A DNA stretch of 64,000 bases, taken from the NCBI RefSeq assembly GCF_006345805.1, contig NC_043001.1, forward strand, positions 30,566,001-30,630,000, written 5' to 3'. The notes under the pieces are model-generated. The model ran no database searches, was not told the DNA's origin, and was given only the letters and a program-made list of their open reading frames with translations. Positions 51,598 through 64,000 of this stretch are shown piece by piece. Source of the stretch: Octopus sinensis (lineage: Eukaryota). Position 1 is the stretch's first letter. Every line of letters starts with the position of its first letter. The position numbers were made by a program, and so were the translations under genes.

Positions 51598-51758
51598 CTA
51601 AATAAAATTTGTAGCAAAGCAAAGAACTGCTACTGGAGGAGGCAACATTATTAACTCTGAGACTTGATATGCTTGTAGCTTTTCTTTTTTTTTTTTTTTA
51701 ATCCAAAAGAATGACTATTTTACAAATACATTAAAAATGAAGGAATCCTCTGGTAATT

Positions 51759-51865
51759 TTATAGATCAGGCTGTTTGAGTCGACTGGCACGCTCATCATT
51801 TTTGACAAAGTCTTTCAATAATTGCATAATTTCATTGTTGAACTCATCAGGAGGAGATTTTGCTC
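51759..51865 (-). CDS. SDHAF2: SDHAF2 last coding exon
   Basis: ttccag| then (G)AKSPPDEFNNEIMQLLKDFVKNDERASRLKQPDL*, matching the SDHAF2 C-terminus. Confidence 0.93.
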
Positions 51866-54800
51866 CTGGAAATAAATGAGAATAAGAATTGACATTAATA
51901 TCTGACTAGTCAACAAATTGCTGTTTCTGTTATTTGTTCTGATTAATAATTTGTTTAAATAACTACTCTTCTGAAAGCTGATACTTAGCTCTGGTTTCCT
52001 GGTGTAAATGAGAAATAAATTTTCCCTTCAGGATGGGGGGCATGGTTGGTGATCAAATTTGGTTCCCAACCTTAGTTTTGGGTTTAGTCCCACTAGGTGG
52101 CACATTGGGCAAGTGTTGTCTACAGTAGCCCAGGGGCAGCCTTGTCAGTGGATTTTGGTAGACGGAAACTGGCCATATGTGTATTTGTGCGTTTCCTCAT
52201 CTTGACACCACATGATAGTTATAAATGAATTTCACTATCGTACATGTGGTAGTGTTGGTTTCTAATCTTCCATGGAAAACAAGTCTAATCTGGCTTAGAA
52301 ACCAAGTGAGTGTTGGTGATAAGCTGTACATCCATTTGTAGATCGATCTGCCTCAACAAATTCTCACATATGCAAGCATGGAAAAGTGAACATTAAAATG
52401 ATGATAGAAAGTCACTTCTTTCATTTAGGTGTTGGGATCATCTGAGTCATCATCATCGTTTAACGTCCACTTTCCATGCTAGCATGGGTTGGACGGTTCA
52501 ACCGGGGTCTGGTAAGCCAGGAGGCTGCACCAGGCCCAGTCTGATCTGGCAGTGTTTCTACAGCTGGATGCCCTTCCTAACGCCAACCACTCTGTGAGTG
52601 TAGTGGGTGCTTTTTACGTGCCAGGCAAGGCTGGCAACTGCCACCGGCACGGAGGCCAGTCGAGGCAGCACTGGCAACGGCCACGGATTAAAAGTTATAA
52701 GATACATCGGCAGTAGTGAGAAATCTTAATTATGGATTTAAGATTTCTCACTACCAGTGTAGAATAAAATTTTCAATTTGTAAATAATGAGTGGATTAGA
52801 CTTCTACCAGTCTAGTCATAATATTCTATTCTGTGGAGTGCTGGGGCATTGTTCTCAAGTATTTTATTGATTTCTTTGTTGAACCACTAAGTTAAAGGAC
52901 AGGATACACCATAAACAGTACCACTTTTAGACTAGTATAAATATGGACACTACCAGACGCATTTATATATTGTAGGTTTCTACACAATTTTCATCTATTA
53001 TAATTCCAAATAAGCGATATTAATTAACCTAAGGTTAAGGTAGAATATACTTTTCCAATGGTATTGAATCTGGAATCACACAGATGCAAAGTTACTTAAC
53101 CACATAGCTGAGTCTGTGCCTTTGATATATAACAGAAAATTTGTTAGCTCCATAAGAAATAGAATCTTGTCCACACATGGTATTTGATAATTGCATATCA
53201 GTAAAGCATTAAATATAGTTGATAAAAAATGTGCGTTGGGGACCTTTTTTGCCAGTGCAGGTTAAAAAACTCACTTTGCAACCACTTGGTTTCAGGATCA
53301 GCCCATTGTGTGAAACTTTGGGCAAGTGTCTTCTACTTAAGCCAACTAGTGCTTTGTGAGTTAATTGGGGAAACTGTGTGGAAGTTCATATATATATCAT
53401 CATTTAATGTTCGTTTTCCATGCTGGCATGGGTTGGACGGTTTGACAGAATTAGTAAACTGGGGAACTGTACCAGGTTCCAATCAGATTTGGTATTGTTT
53501 CTATGGCTGGATGCCCTTCCAAGAGTGTAGTGGGTGTTTTTCATGTGCCACAACTATGATCTCACTTGGCTTGACAGGTCTTCTCAAGCATGGTATATCA
53601 CCAAAGGTCTCAGTCACCTGTCACTGCTTCTGTGAGGTTCAACATTTGAACAGTGCTTTTTTATGTGCCATTGGCTACGACTGCAATTTCACTTGGTGTG
53701 ACAGGGCTTCAAGCACAGCAACATTTTTTTTTTTTTGGTGTGTGTGTGTCCCACTGCTTGACAACCAGTGCTGGCCACAGGAAAAGAATCTGACTAGAAA
53801 AATCTGCCTCAACAAAACTATTATCTGACCCATGCAAGTCAACATCATCATCATCATTGTTTAATGTCCGCTTTCCATGCTAGCATGGGTTGGACGATTT
53901 GACTGAGGACTGGCGAACCAGATGGCTGCACCAGGCTCCAATTTGATCTGGCAGAGTTTCTACAGCTGGATTCCCTTCCTAACGCCAACCACTCCGAGAG
54001 TGTAGTGGGTGCTTTTTACATGCCACTGGAACCGGGGGCCAGTCAGGCGGTACTGGCAATGGCTACGCTCAAATGGTGTTTTTTTTACGTGCCACCTGCA
54101 CAGGTACCAGTCCAGCGGCACTGGCAACAACCTCGCTTGAATGTCTTTTCACGTGCCAGTATGGCAACGCTGGTAACGATCACGCTCGAATGGTGCTTTT
54201 TACGTGCCACTGGCATGGAAGCCAGTTAGCTACTCTGGCAACGATCATGCCCGGGTGGTGCTCTTAGCGCTCCACTAGCACGGATGCCAGTCATTGAATT
54301 TGATTTCAATTTCCCTTGCCTCAACAGGTCTTCGGAAGCAGAGTTTAGTGTCCAATGAAGGATGTTGATGATGGCCTGTACCATCACCACTTTAATGTTC
54401 ACTTTTCCATGCATGGATCAGAGCGAGTTTATCGAGGCAGATTTTCTGTTTCCAAGCAAGGTAATATTTCTCCATAACCAGACATGTAGAATATTGGAAA
54501 TGAATGACACTGCTTGCATGACTGTCCATCATTTACGAATATTACACAATGTCATAACAAGGAGATACAAAAAAGACGCACACATCTTTTATTTTTTACT
54601 TGACATGCTGGAGGCATACTATAAAATTGAAGAATTTTAGCCAAATGAATTAATCCCAGTACTTTAAAATAAAAGTCTGGTATTTATTCTCTCAGTCTCT
54701 TTTGCCAAACTGCTAAGTTAGAGGGATGTAAACACACAAACACTGGTTGCTAAGCAGTGGTGGGGAACAAAGACATATTTCTTTACTGCCCACAAGGGGC

Positions 54801-56784
54801 TAAACATAGAGGGGACAAACGGATTAAGTCGATTATATCGACCCCAGTGCGAAACTGGTACTTTATTTTATCGACCCCGAAAGGATGAAAGGCAAAGTTG
54901 ACCTCGGTGGAATTTGAACTCAGAACGTAACGACAGACGAAATACCGCTAAGCATTTCGCCCAGCGCGCTAACATGTCTGCCAGCTCGCCGCCACACATA
55001 TATATGAAGCGTTTCCATCTACCAAATCCACTCAAGGCATTGGTCAGCCCAGGGCTTTAGCAGAAGATACTTGCTCAAGGTGCCATGCATGCAGTGACAC
55101 TGAACCTGGAACCATGTAGTTAAGTAACAAACTTCCTACCACACAGCCATGCCTGCACCTATATATATATTTTTTCTCTTTCTCTTTTACTTGTTTCAGT
55201 CATTTGACTGCGGCCATGCTGGAGCACTGCCTTTAATCGAGCAACTCGACCCCGGGACTTATTCTTTGTAAGCCCAGTACTTATTCTATCGGTCTCTTTT
55301 TTGTCGAACTGCTAAGTGACGGGGACGTAAACACACCAGCATCGGTTGTCAAGCGATGCTAGGGGGACAAACACACACATATATATATATATACATATAT
55401 ATACGACAGGCTTCTTTCAGTTTCCGTCTACCAAATCCACTCACAAGGCATTGGTCGGCCCGGGGCTATAGCAGAAGACACTTGCCCAAGATGCCACACA
55501 GTGGGACTGAACCCGGAGCCATGTGGTTGGTTAGCAAGCTACTTACCACACAGCCACTCCTGCGCCTATGATATAAAGCAAATAAAATAATATTATTAAT
55601 ACTTAAGGAAGAACAAAAGTTAAAAGATTTTGGGTATAGTCCTTCTGCATATACCAGAGGAAAAGTCCATCAGAAATAGGGAAGGGAAGAAAGGAGTTAA
55701 AGAAAAAGAGAGCCAGGAAAAAAATGAATAAGGAATTGGTTAACATTTGACCTCTGACTAATTGGAAGTGTAAAAGAGGATTGTGAATTTAATGGTAAAG
55801 GAGTGCTCCCATTGGCGTGTGGTTGTGTGGTATGTAGCTTGCTTACCAGCCACATGATTCTGGGTTCAGTCCCACTGCATGGCACCTTAGGCAAGTGTCT
55901 TCTACTATAGCCTCGAGCCAACCAAAGCCTTGTGAGTGGATTTGGTAGATGGAAACTGAAAGAAGCTCGTTGTGTATATGTATGTATGGATTTGTGTGTC
56001 TGTGTTTGTCCCCCCACAACATCGCTTGACAACCGACACTGGTGTGTTTACGTCCCTGTAACTTAGCGGTTCAGCAAATGAGACCGATAGAATAAGTACT
56101 AGGCTTGCAAAGAATAAGTCCTAGGGTCAATTTGCTCGACTAAAGTGGTGCTCCAGCATGGCCACAGTCAAATGACTGAAACAAGTAAAAGAGTAAAAAG
56201 AGAGTATACAAATGTGTGTGTATAGGAGGTACGATTACTATATGTGAGTGATAGGATGGTATAGTGGGATGTATGTGTATTAAAGTGGTAAATAAATGAT
56301 AAGCAATGTATATATGTGAGTGTGTGTGTGTATATATATATGTAGGTGCAGTCGTGGTCATGTACTAAAAAATTTTGCTTTCCAACCACATGGTTCTAGG
56401 TTCAATCCATTTGCACGGTACCACAGGTAATTGTCTTCTATTAGAGCCCTGGGTTGACCAAAGTTTTATGAGTGGATCCGATTGATGGAAACTGACAGAT
56501 GCCCATCATTTAACGTGTGTTTTTCATGTTGCGCAGGTGCGTGTGCGGGTTTCATTGTCTTGACATCATGTGATTGTAAATGTGACGGTCACAAAAGTAG
56601 TGTTATTCATTTCCATTATTCTACAAGAACATATTCTGGCCATGGGGAGAGATATTATTACCTTACTTGGAAACCGGTGAGAGTTGGTAACAGGAAGGGC
56701 AACTGGCTGTTGAAAAAATCTGTCTCAAATAAACTGTCTGACCCATACAAGGATGGAAAAATGGATGTTAAATGATAATGATGA

Positions 56785-56914
56785 CTAGCAGTATAACCTG
56801 GCTTTGCCCGGGATTAAGTTAGGATTATTAAGCTAATAAAGTTCTTTATTTCAAACCAAACTAAGTAACATCGATGTCAAATTTGGGCAAAATCCGTTGA
56901 AATTAGTTTTTATT

Positions 56915-56945
<31 letters not shown>

Positions 56946-57277
56946 TGCCTGTATATCAACAAAACACTTTTTTTCCTCGCTGGAAAAAACAAACAACAAA
57001 AGTCTTAGCTAAAACTTACTCGTCACTAGAAGGGGACTTAACTCCTGTTTGCAAACAATGGTGATTTCTCCGACTTGAAAATTGTTAAAAGTTTTGGTTG
57101 AAAATTTATTTTTACTGCTATTCGCTGGTGCCTCTGGGGAAAATGAGTTGATGAAAATACAGCTAGGGTCATGATGAATGTCCTCCTAACATTGGAGCGA
57201 CATGCGTGCTAATTTGTGGACGTGCATAAATTACATTCACGTACACACACACCCATCCTACCTTTTATGTATATAGA
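56785..57277 (-). mobile_element. Non-autonomous Helitron
   Basis: Minus strand: A|TCTATATACATAAAA ... CCCGGGCAAAGCCAGG hairpin ... CTAG|T, a canonical AT insertion. Confidence 0.8.
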
Positions 57278-57811
57278 TATACACATACACACACAATGCA
57301 GCTATAGTAGAAGGCACTTGCAAACATATCTACAAACTTTAGTCAATAAGAAATGGGTTATGAATATACAAATTAGTTTATTTGATTTACATGCTAGCAT
57401 GGAGAGCAGACATTAAACGATGATGATGACTTAAACCCCCATTACCATTACTTTTATAAGAAAACCACCCTACACAGGTAATGAAGGTACTCAGTTACTG
57501 ATAAAATCCTTTTATATCTACCTAATTTGATCCTCCTTCAGACAACGAAAATATTGCATATGAAAACAAAGTGTTTGAATTTGTCTGTTTATATACTGTT
57601 CACAGTTTAAAATCTATTCCACTGTTTGAACTATTTGTATTCTAATATTGTCCAATGTAGTAAGATGTTCTACATTTGTTTGATGTTTACAGTGAGAAAT
57701 ATTTTCATGAATCAAATTAGGACATCAAAAGTATTTATTTTGGAAAACTTACATTGTGCAGAATAAAGTTTGTATAACATTTTAATTTTCTGCATTGTAG
57801 ATAAAAGAAGG

Positions 57812-58140
57812 TGGAGGCACATGGCCTAGTTAGGGCAGCGGACTTGCGGTTGAGGGATCGCGGGTTCAAATCTCAGACCTGGCGATGTGTGTGTTTATGA
57901 GCGAAACACCTAAGCTCCACGCGGCTCCGGCAGAAGGTAATGGTGAACTTCTGCTGGCTCTTACGCCACAACTTTCTCTCACTCTTTCCTCCTGCATCTT
58001 GCAGCTCACCTGCGACGGACCGGCGTCCCGTCCAGGTGGGGAACCTGTACGCCAAGGAAACCAGGAAACCGGTCCTTATGAGCCAGGTATAACTTGAGAA
58101 GGAACAAACAAACAAACAGATAAAAGAAGAAACAAACAAA
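57812..58140 (+). mobile_element. tRNA-derived SINE with distinct 3' half
   Basis: Same head as 12248; the tail contains CCTGCGACGGACCGGCGTCCCGTCCAGG and (ACAA)n. Confidence 0.75.
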
Positions 58141-58196
58141 TAGTTCAAGATACAAAGTGGAAAGACTAAAACAAAAAAAAAATCAAAATATCTGAC

Positions 58197-58306
58197 CTGT
58201 TATCCAATAGTAAATGTCCCAGTCATTCGTTGGTTCATTGATAAGAGTATCATACTGCATCAACTGTTGTTCATTTAGATCATTGAGATATTTCGAAGCA
58301 AAGGTA
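58197..58306 (-). CDS. SDHAF2: SDHAF2 penultimate exon
   Basis: [36 protein letters not shown](G). 110 nt, AG/GT boundaries, phases fit both neighbours. Confidence 0.95.
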
Positions 58307-59033
58307 CTGGAAAAATAAATACAAACATTTCAGTTATGAGAATATTACATACACATATTGATATCATCATTTTATGTTAAATCTATGTCCATGCTTGCAT
58401 GGATTGAACAGTTCCTCTCCTGTTGCTCGTTTTCATTTCTCATTTCTTTTGCAAGGTTCAGCATGCAGAGATCAAGTTTCACCACTTCTGCCTAAGTCTT
58501 CCTCATCCACTGTTTTTTTTGTGATTGAATTCGGTAGGTGGAAGTTACTGCCGTGTGTGTATGTGTGCGTATAGCTGCTCAGTGCCTCTCTGAAAGAGAG
58601 AGAGAGGGATAGATCTCATTAGCACTTTTTTGTTTTTAACCCATTCATAAGTACGTGTTCATTGCAGTTGTCTCTCTTGGACATATCAGATTCCTCTGAT
58701 ATTTGGTTTCAGCTCATCTATCGGCAAAAGAGACCGACAGAATATGTACTAGGCTTACAAAGAATAAGTCATGGGGTCGATTTGCTCAACTAATGGCGGT
58801 GCTCCAGCATGGCCACGGTCAAATGCCTGAAACAATTAAAAGATTAAAAGAATAAACTCATAGGCGCACGAGTGGCTGTGTGGTAAGTAGCTTGTTTACC
58901 AACCACATGGTTCTGGGTTCAGTCCCACTGCGTGGCACCTTGGGCAAGTGTCTTCTACTATAGCCTCGGGCTGACCAAAGCCTTGTGAGTGGATTTGGTA
59001 GATGGAAACTGAAAGAAGCCCGTCGTATATATG

Positions 59034-59065
<32 letters not shown>

Positions 59066-59934
59066 AGTTTGTATATCTGTGTTTGTCCCCCCAACATCGC
59101 TTGACAACCGATGCTGGTGTGTTTATGTCCCCGTCACTTAGCGGTTCGGCAAAGAGACCGATAGAATAAGTACTGGGCTTACAAAGAATAAGTCCCGGGG
59201 TCGAGTTGCCCGATTAAAGGCGGTGCTCCAGCATGGCCACAGTCAAATGCCTGAAACAAGTAAAAGATTAAAAGAATAAACTCATAATGGGAAGTAAACT
59301 CATTACGCCCAAAGTGGACAAGAGAGAGAACTTTATAATTTAAATTGAGGCATCCAGTCAGAAGTGAGTTTGATGTTTTGAAGTATCTCTGTTAACTTTT
59401 ATCTTTTACTTGTTTCAGACAAATGATTGCAAACATTGCCTTGAAACAAATCGACCCCAGGATTTTTTTTTTAAAGCCTAGTGTTTATTCTATAGGTCTC
59501 TAAACTATGGGGGCATCAACAACACTGGTGGTCAAGCGGTGGTGGGAAACAGTCACAGATACACACATCTATCTATATAAAGGGTAAAGACCCCCTTTGG
59601 TCATGAATGACCATGGGATTGCACCTCGTAACTTCCCTTCTGAGGCACATGTCCAGGCAAGGTTATTTATGGAAGACCAGAAGTTGCCCATGGATACCAG
59701 CCTCCCCTCTCCACGTCACCAACATTATTCAAAAGAAAGGCAAAGGCCGACACAGTTTGATACCAGCAATGTTGCAACTCATTTCTACAGCTGAGTGAAT
59801 GGGAGCGACATGAAATAAAGTGTCTTGCTCAAGATCCCGACACACAGCCTGGTTCAGGAATTGAACTCACTACTTCATGATTGTGAGCCTGACACTCTAA
59901 CCACTGAGTCATGAGCCTTCACATACACACATAC

Positions 59935-60372
59935 ATGATGATGGCCGTCCACTCGTGACCAAGGAAGACCATTGCCGACCTTCAGGAACATTGTGCGCTC
60001 TAGGACTAACTTATATTTTGCATTTGCGGCTCCATTGGTGGCTAATAAGCCCTGCTCTTGACAAGCATACACGACTGCAAACATTGCAGACCAAGCTTTC
60101 CCCATTCACTATACAAGCCATGCGCTTTCGCGCAGCTCACTTAAGTTCTTCATGCTGGATATGTGCTCTCTCAAAAGTGTCGAACCCCTCCTTAACCTGC
60201 TTCCTCCATCTGTGGCGATGACAAGCATTGTTCTCCCAGTCAGTGTCCTGCATATCAAAGGCCTTTAACGAGGACTTGACACAGTCCTTAAATCGCAGCC
60301 TTGGTTTCTTCCGGAGTCTCATTTCATTCACAAGTTCTCCATAGAGCATCTGCTTAGGAATCCTTCTATCCT
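59935..60372 (-). mobile_element. RTE-like LINE 3' fragment
   Basis: EDRRIPKQMLYGEL..KPRLRFKDCVKSSLK..WE..A..R.RWR, then C..C..H and a (CAT)n tail. Confidence 0.8.
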
Positions 60373-60899
60373 CCACACATACATACATATATATATATAT
60401 ATACACGCACACAATGAGCTTCTTTCAGTTTCGTCTACTAAATATACTCACAAGGCTTTGGTTGGCTAAAGACTACAGAAGAAGACACTTGGCCAAGGTG
60501 TCACTGAACCTGGAACTATGGTTGGGAAGCAAGCCTCTTCCTATACAGCCATGGTAACAATTCTGGACTTGTTTCAATATTTTAATAAACCACCTTCGCA
60601 AAGTATAGTCTAACACATAATTACTAGACAAAGACAGAATTTTAGTGTGTACATTGTTCCCTTATTAGATGATTCAAAGTAACGAAATGGGAATAATAAT
60701 CAGGTGCACCTTTTGCACAAAGAACATTATTTACTGTTAGGTGAACTAATAGTTAAAAATGTTTTTGTTAGTGATAGAGTACAGTGTTAGGGATATGATA
60801 TTTAGTTTAGATATGTCAGAAGAACAGTAATTAACTTGGTGTAAACATGCACATGCAGATTAAAGAAAAATTATTCTTCAGAAAATATCTTGCCTGTAC

Positions 60900-61075
60900 C
60901 TTAAGATAAGCCCATTTTCCAACATTCCTCGCTTCCTGCTTTGATATAACAACCGAGCCCGTCTCAAGTCTGGAGTCTCATTTTTGTATTCTTTCATGGG
61001 GGGAAGAGGAGGGCTCATGAAATCACTTCCATCTGTTGAAGTTCCCAAACATTTTGACACAACATAAGCTTGACA
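60900..61075 (-). CDS. SDHAF2: Succinate dehydrogenase assembly factor 2, internal exon (first exon not found in window)
   Basis: ttgcag| then CQAYVVSK...[24 protein letters not shown](S) then |gtac. [14 protein letters not shown] is the SDHAF2/Sdh5 signature. Confidence 0.93.
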
Positions 61076-61288
61076 CTGCAAAATTTAACATCATATGTAA
61101 AATGTAACAACATATTAAATCAAAGAGATGTTAGGCACACTGATCATCATCCCAATCATTTAACCCTTTAGCATTTAAATTGACCATAGCCAACCCAAAT
61201 ATTCTACCTGTTTTATATTCATAATAGTCAGTCTCTCACAACTAATCTACAATGCCATTTTAAAAATAAACAATCATACTTATTTCCC

Positions 61289-61752
61289 CTGAACGCCTTA
61301 TTTCCCTGGGCATGGACACATTGAAACTCCGACGCCTGGCAGCTGACTTGGCAGACACCCATAAAATTATTAACCATCTTACAAACAATAACTCTGAACA
61401 CCTTTTCAAACTCCATCTGTCTAACACCCATGGACACATTTACAAAGTCAGAAAACAGCACAGCTCCCATGACTTTAGGAAACATTTTTTCACGCTGAGA
61501 GTTGCTGAAGCATGGAACAAACTGCCGGCATCAGTTGTTAGTTGTCGGAGCACTGCATCCTTCAAAACTTCCATGCTTTCTGAGATTCGCCAACACTACA
61601 CCTGATTTTCTCCCCTCCATACACACACAAGCATGTATCTGACTCATACATTGTTCGCTTTCCAGACATTTGTACATTACTGCATATACTTTATATGCAC
61701 TCTCTGACAAGTTGTGGTGCACCTGAGCACTGTATACAATAATTTCATTATT
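61289..61752 (+). mobile_element. CR1/L2-like LINE 3' fragment, near-identical to 41593-42065
   Basis: MDTLKLRRLAADL..GHIYKVRK..FFTLRVAEAWNKLP with the same 3' UTR. Confidence 0.85.
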
Positions 61753-64000
61753 ATATATCACTAAAATCTCAAAACTTCAAGATAAAGGATGATTAATTCA
61801 AAACAATGTGAATGAGGAAGCATTACATTTGACAGAGCAACTCTGAAAGCCAAGGGGTTAACATCCATGTTCCATGCTAGCACAGGTTGGATGGTTTGAC
61901 AGGATCTGATAGGTCCAAAGACTGCATCATGTTCCAGTGTGTTTAGCATGGTTTCTATGGCCAGATGCCCTTCCTAATGCCAACCACTTTAAAGTGTTCA
62001 CTGTGTGCTTTTCTTGTGCCACTAGCACTAGTGAGGTCACCATGCAGCTTGCAAAACTATGAACTTTGAGTGGGGTGGGGGAAAACTTTATGTAGAAGAA
62101 TATGTGGATCTTTTCCTTTTGAACGGCACTTTGTAACATAATTTCTAGGTAACTAAAAAGTTTTAAACTTCATATACTGGTAGAATGTGCTTATAAAACA
62201 TCATTTCTCTTGGCTTTATTGAGAAAATTCTATAGGTTGTAACATATTTCGTCTAAAATTTCTTGCATTTCGGCAATTTTAACCAATCAATTACCTCCAT
62301 TGACGTAAATAACATTCTGTGCATAATGAATATGTCCCTCCTTTAAGAAACAGATTGGGTTTATTTACATTTGTGAAGAAAAAAGATACCCTTCCCCCAC
62401 CCCTAACTAACCCTAAATCTAAAATAGATTGAAATGCAACAGATCGATACTAGGGTTATAATTATGGGTGACAATTTCATATGACACCGCTCTCAAAAAT
62501 TAAGTAAAAAAAAAACGGGAAAAATAATCTATAATCTTTGTTCAGTACCTGATCGATCCCAATGGTAGTCATGGAATGTGAAGGTAGCTGTAGAAAATTT
62601 ACTAACAGTAATAAATAGTTTATCCTTATCTAATACAAGCCAAAGTTAACAAATTCACCATTCAAAGTAGTTTCAAAGGCAGAGGTAATAAGTTCTACTC
62701 AGGAATTTTTAAATGAATAGCGTGAGATCTTTTAGTTTTCTCTTCTCTTAAATTCTGGCCTTTCTTTAGTATTCCTGTTTTAGATCGATGTATAGATGTA
62801 TGTATATATGTAAGTATACGGTAAAGTGTTGATATGTAAATATAATATATATATTATAAAAATATGTTAGTGTTATTTAATTTCTGGACCGTTTTGCTGC
62901 CGTTTATGTAGTTTGATTTCTGTATCCATCAGTTTTTACTAAGATAGACATGAGTAAAGTTAATAATAGAGAAATTAAAATAAAACTTTGGAAACAGCCT
63001 AAAGGGAGATAATTGAGAAAGACTTGAAATTGAATGTAAGACTGTAATCATGTAAAGTAAATATAACAAATAATCCAGAATCCTTGTCCAGTACTGGATT
63101 GATCCTAAAATCTAATCAGTTCGTACCAGTCATGAAGCCAAACAGCCCTGAAAATTTCATCCAAATCCATCTGGCAGTTCTTGAGATATCTTGTCTATGG
63201 ACAAACACAACTGAAAACAATACCTCCACCTTAGCAGAGGTAGTGAGAAGTGTAGGGACATAACAGGTGTGATCCAATAGGTAAAATTAGTGAAAGATGT
63301 AGTAGAAATAACCTACTCTAGTTTGTATGTCATGGACATAAAGTTGAAGTGTTATTTATAACAAGGAAGATTAATGAACTGTGCTGTGTTTTAAAACCCA
63401 TAACCATTCAATAACTATTATTGAAGATTATCCTTACAATTACTGCATTTATTCAAAATCATAGATGGCTTTCATGTTGTTGAGGTAAGTCATCATGCAG
63501 TCTCCTGCATATGATATTTGATTTATACTTCTATTATAATCCCATTCAATTGCAAGGATTATCTTTCACTATCATCATCACCATCAACATCTATTTTCCT
63601 TGCTGTCATGGGTTGGACGGCTTGACAGGAACTGGCAAGACCAGAATCTATACCAATTCCATGGTCTGTTTTGATTTGATTTCTAAGGCTTGATGCCCTT
63701 CCTAACGCTAACACTTTACAGAGTGTACTGGGTGCTTTTTATGTGGTACCTTCACCAATGCTTTTTATATGGCACCAGCATCAGTGCTTTTTACATGGTA
63801 ACCAGCACCCACACCAATGCTTTTTATGTGGCACCTGTTTTAGGATTTCAATTCTGTTGCAATGGGCTGATCTTCTTGAGTACAGCAATGCACCACATAT
63901 CTTGGTCCAATGTCATCTCCTTTGTAAGGCTTTTAATCAAAAATTTCCAATTCATTATATTAAATATGTGTGACTCTCCTATAGGGACACTCTTAGTGGT

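Noticed and set aside
61076-64000. SDHAF2 first exon (mitochondrial targeting peptide)
   Set aside because: No convincing ATG plus phase-0 donor was identified; it probably lies beyond the window.

Overview
AT-rich, microsatellite- and SINE-dense eukaryotic DNA. The repeat content suggests a coleoid cephalopod, probably Octopus (inference). There are two convergent spliced genes. A complete cathepsin D-like aspartic protease lies on + (ATG 29827, TATA+Inr promoter, 8 shared exons) and ends in TWO intact, tandem-duplicated alternative last exons (49508-49672 and 50492-50653). The last three coding exons of SDHAF2 lie on - (61075 to 51759). The first ~29 kb is intergenic and holds decayed Penelope-like elements (PLEs), fold-back Tc1/mariner derivatives, Helitrons, LINE fragments and MITEs. 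Reading by eye finds well over a dozen minimal type I hammerhead-ribozyme (HHR) motifs or variants from several unrelated repeat families, often in inverted-repeat units at (TA)n tracts. One is a TSD-flanked palindromic tRNA-head + hammerhead element just upstream of the first alternative last exon of cathepsin D. Most ORFs in the supplied track are microsatellite or SINE artefacts. All coordinates were read by hand and repeat boundaries are approximate.
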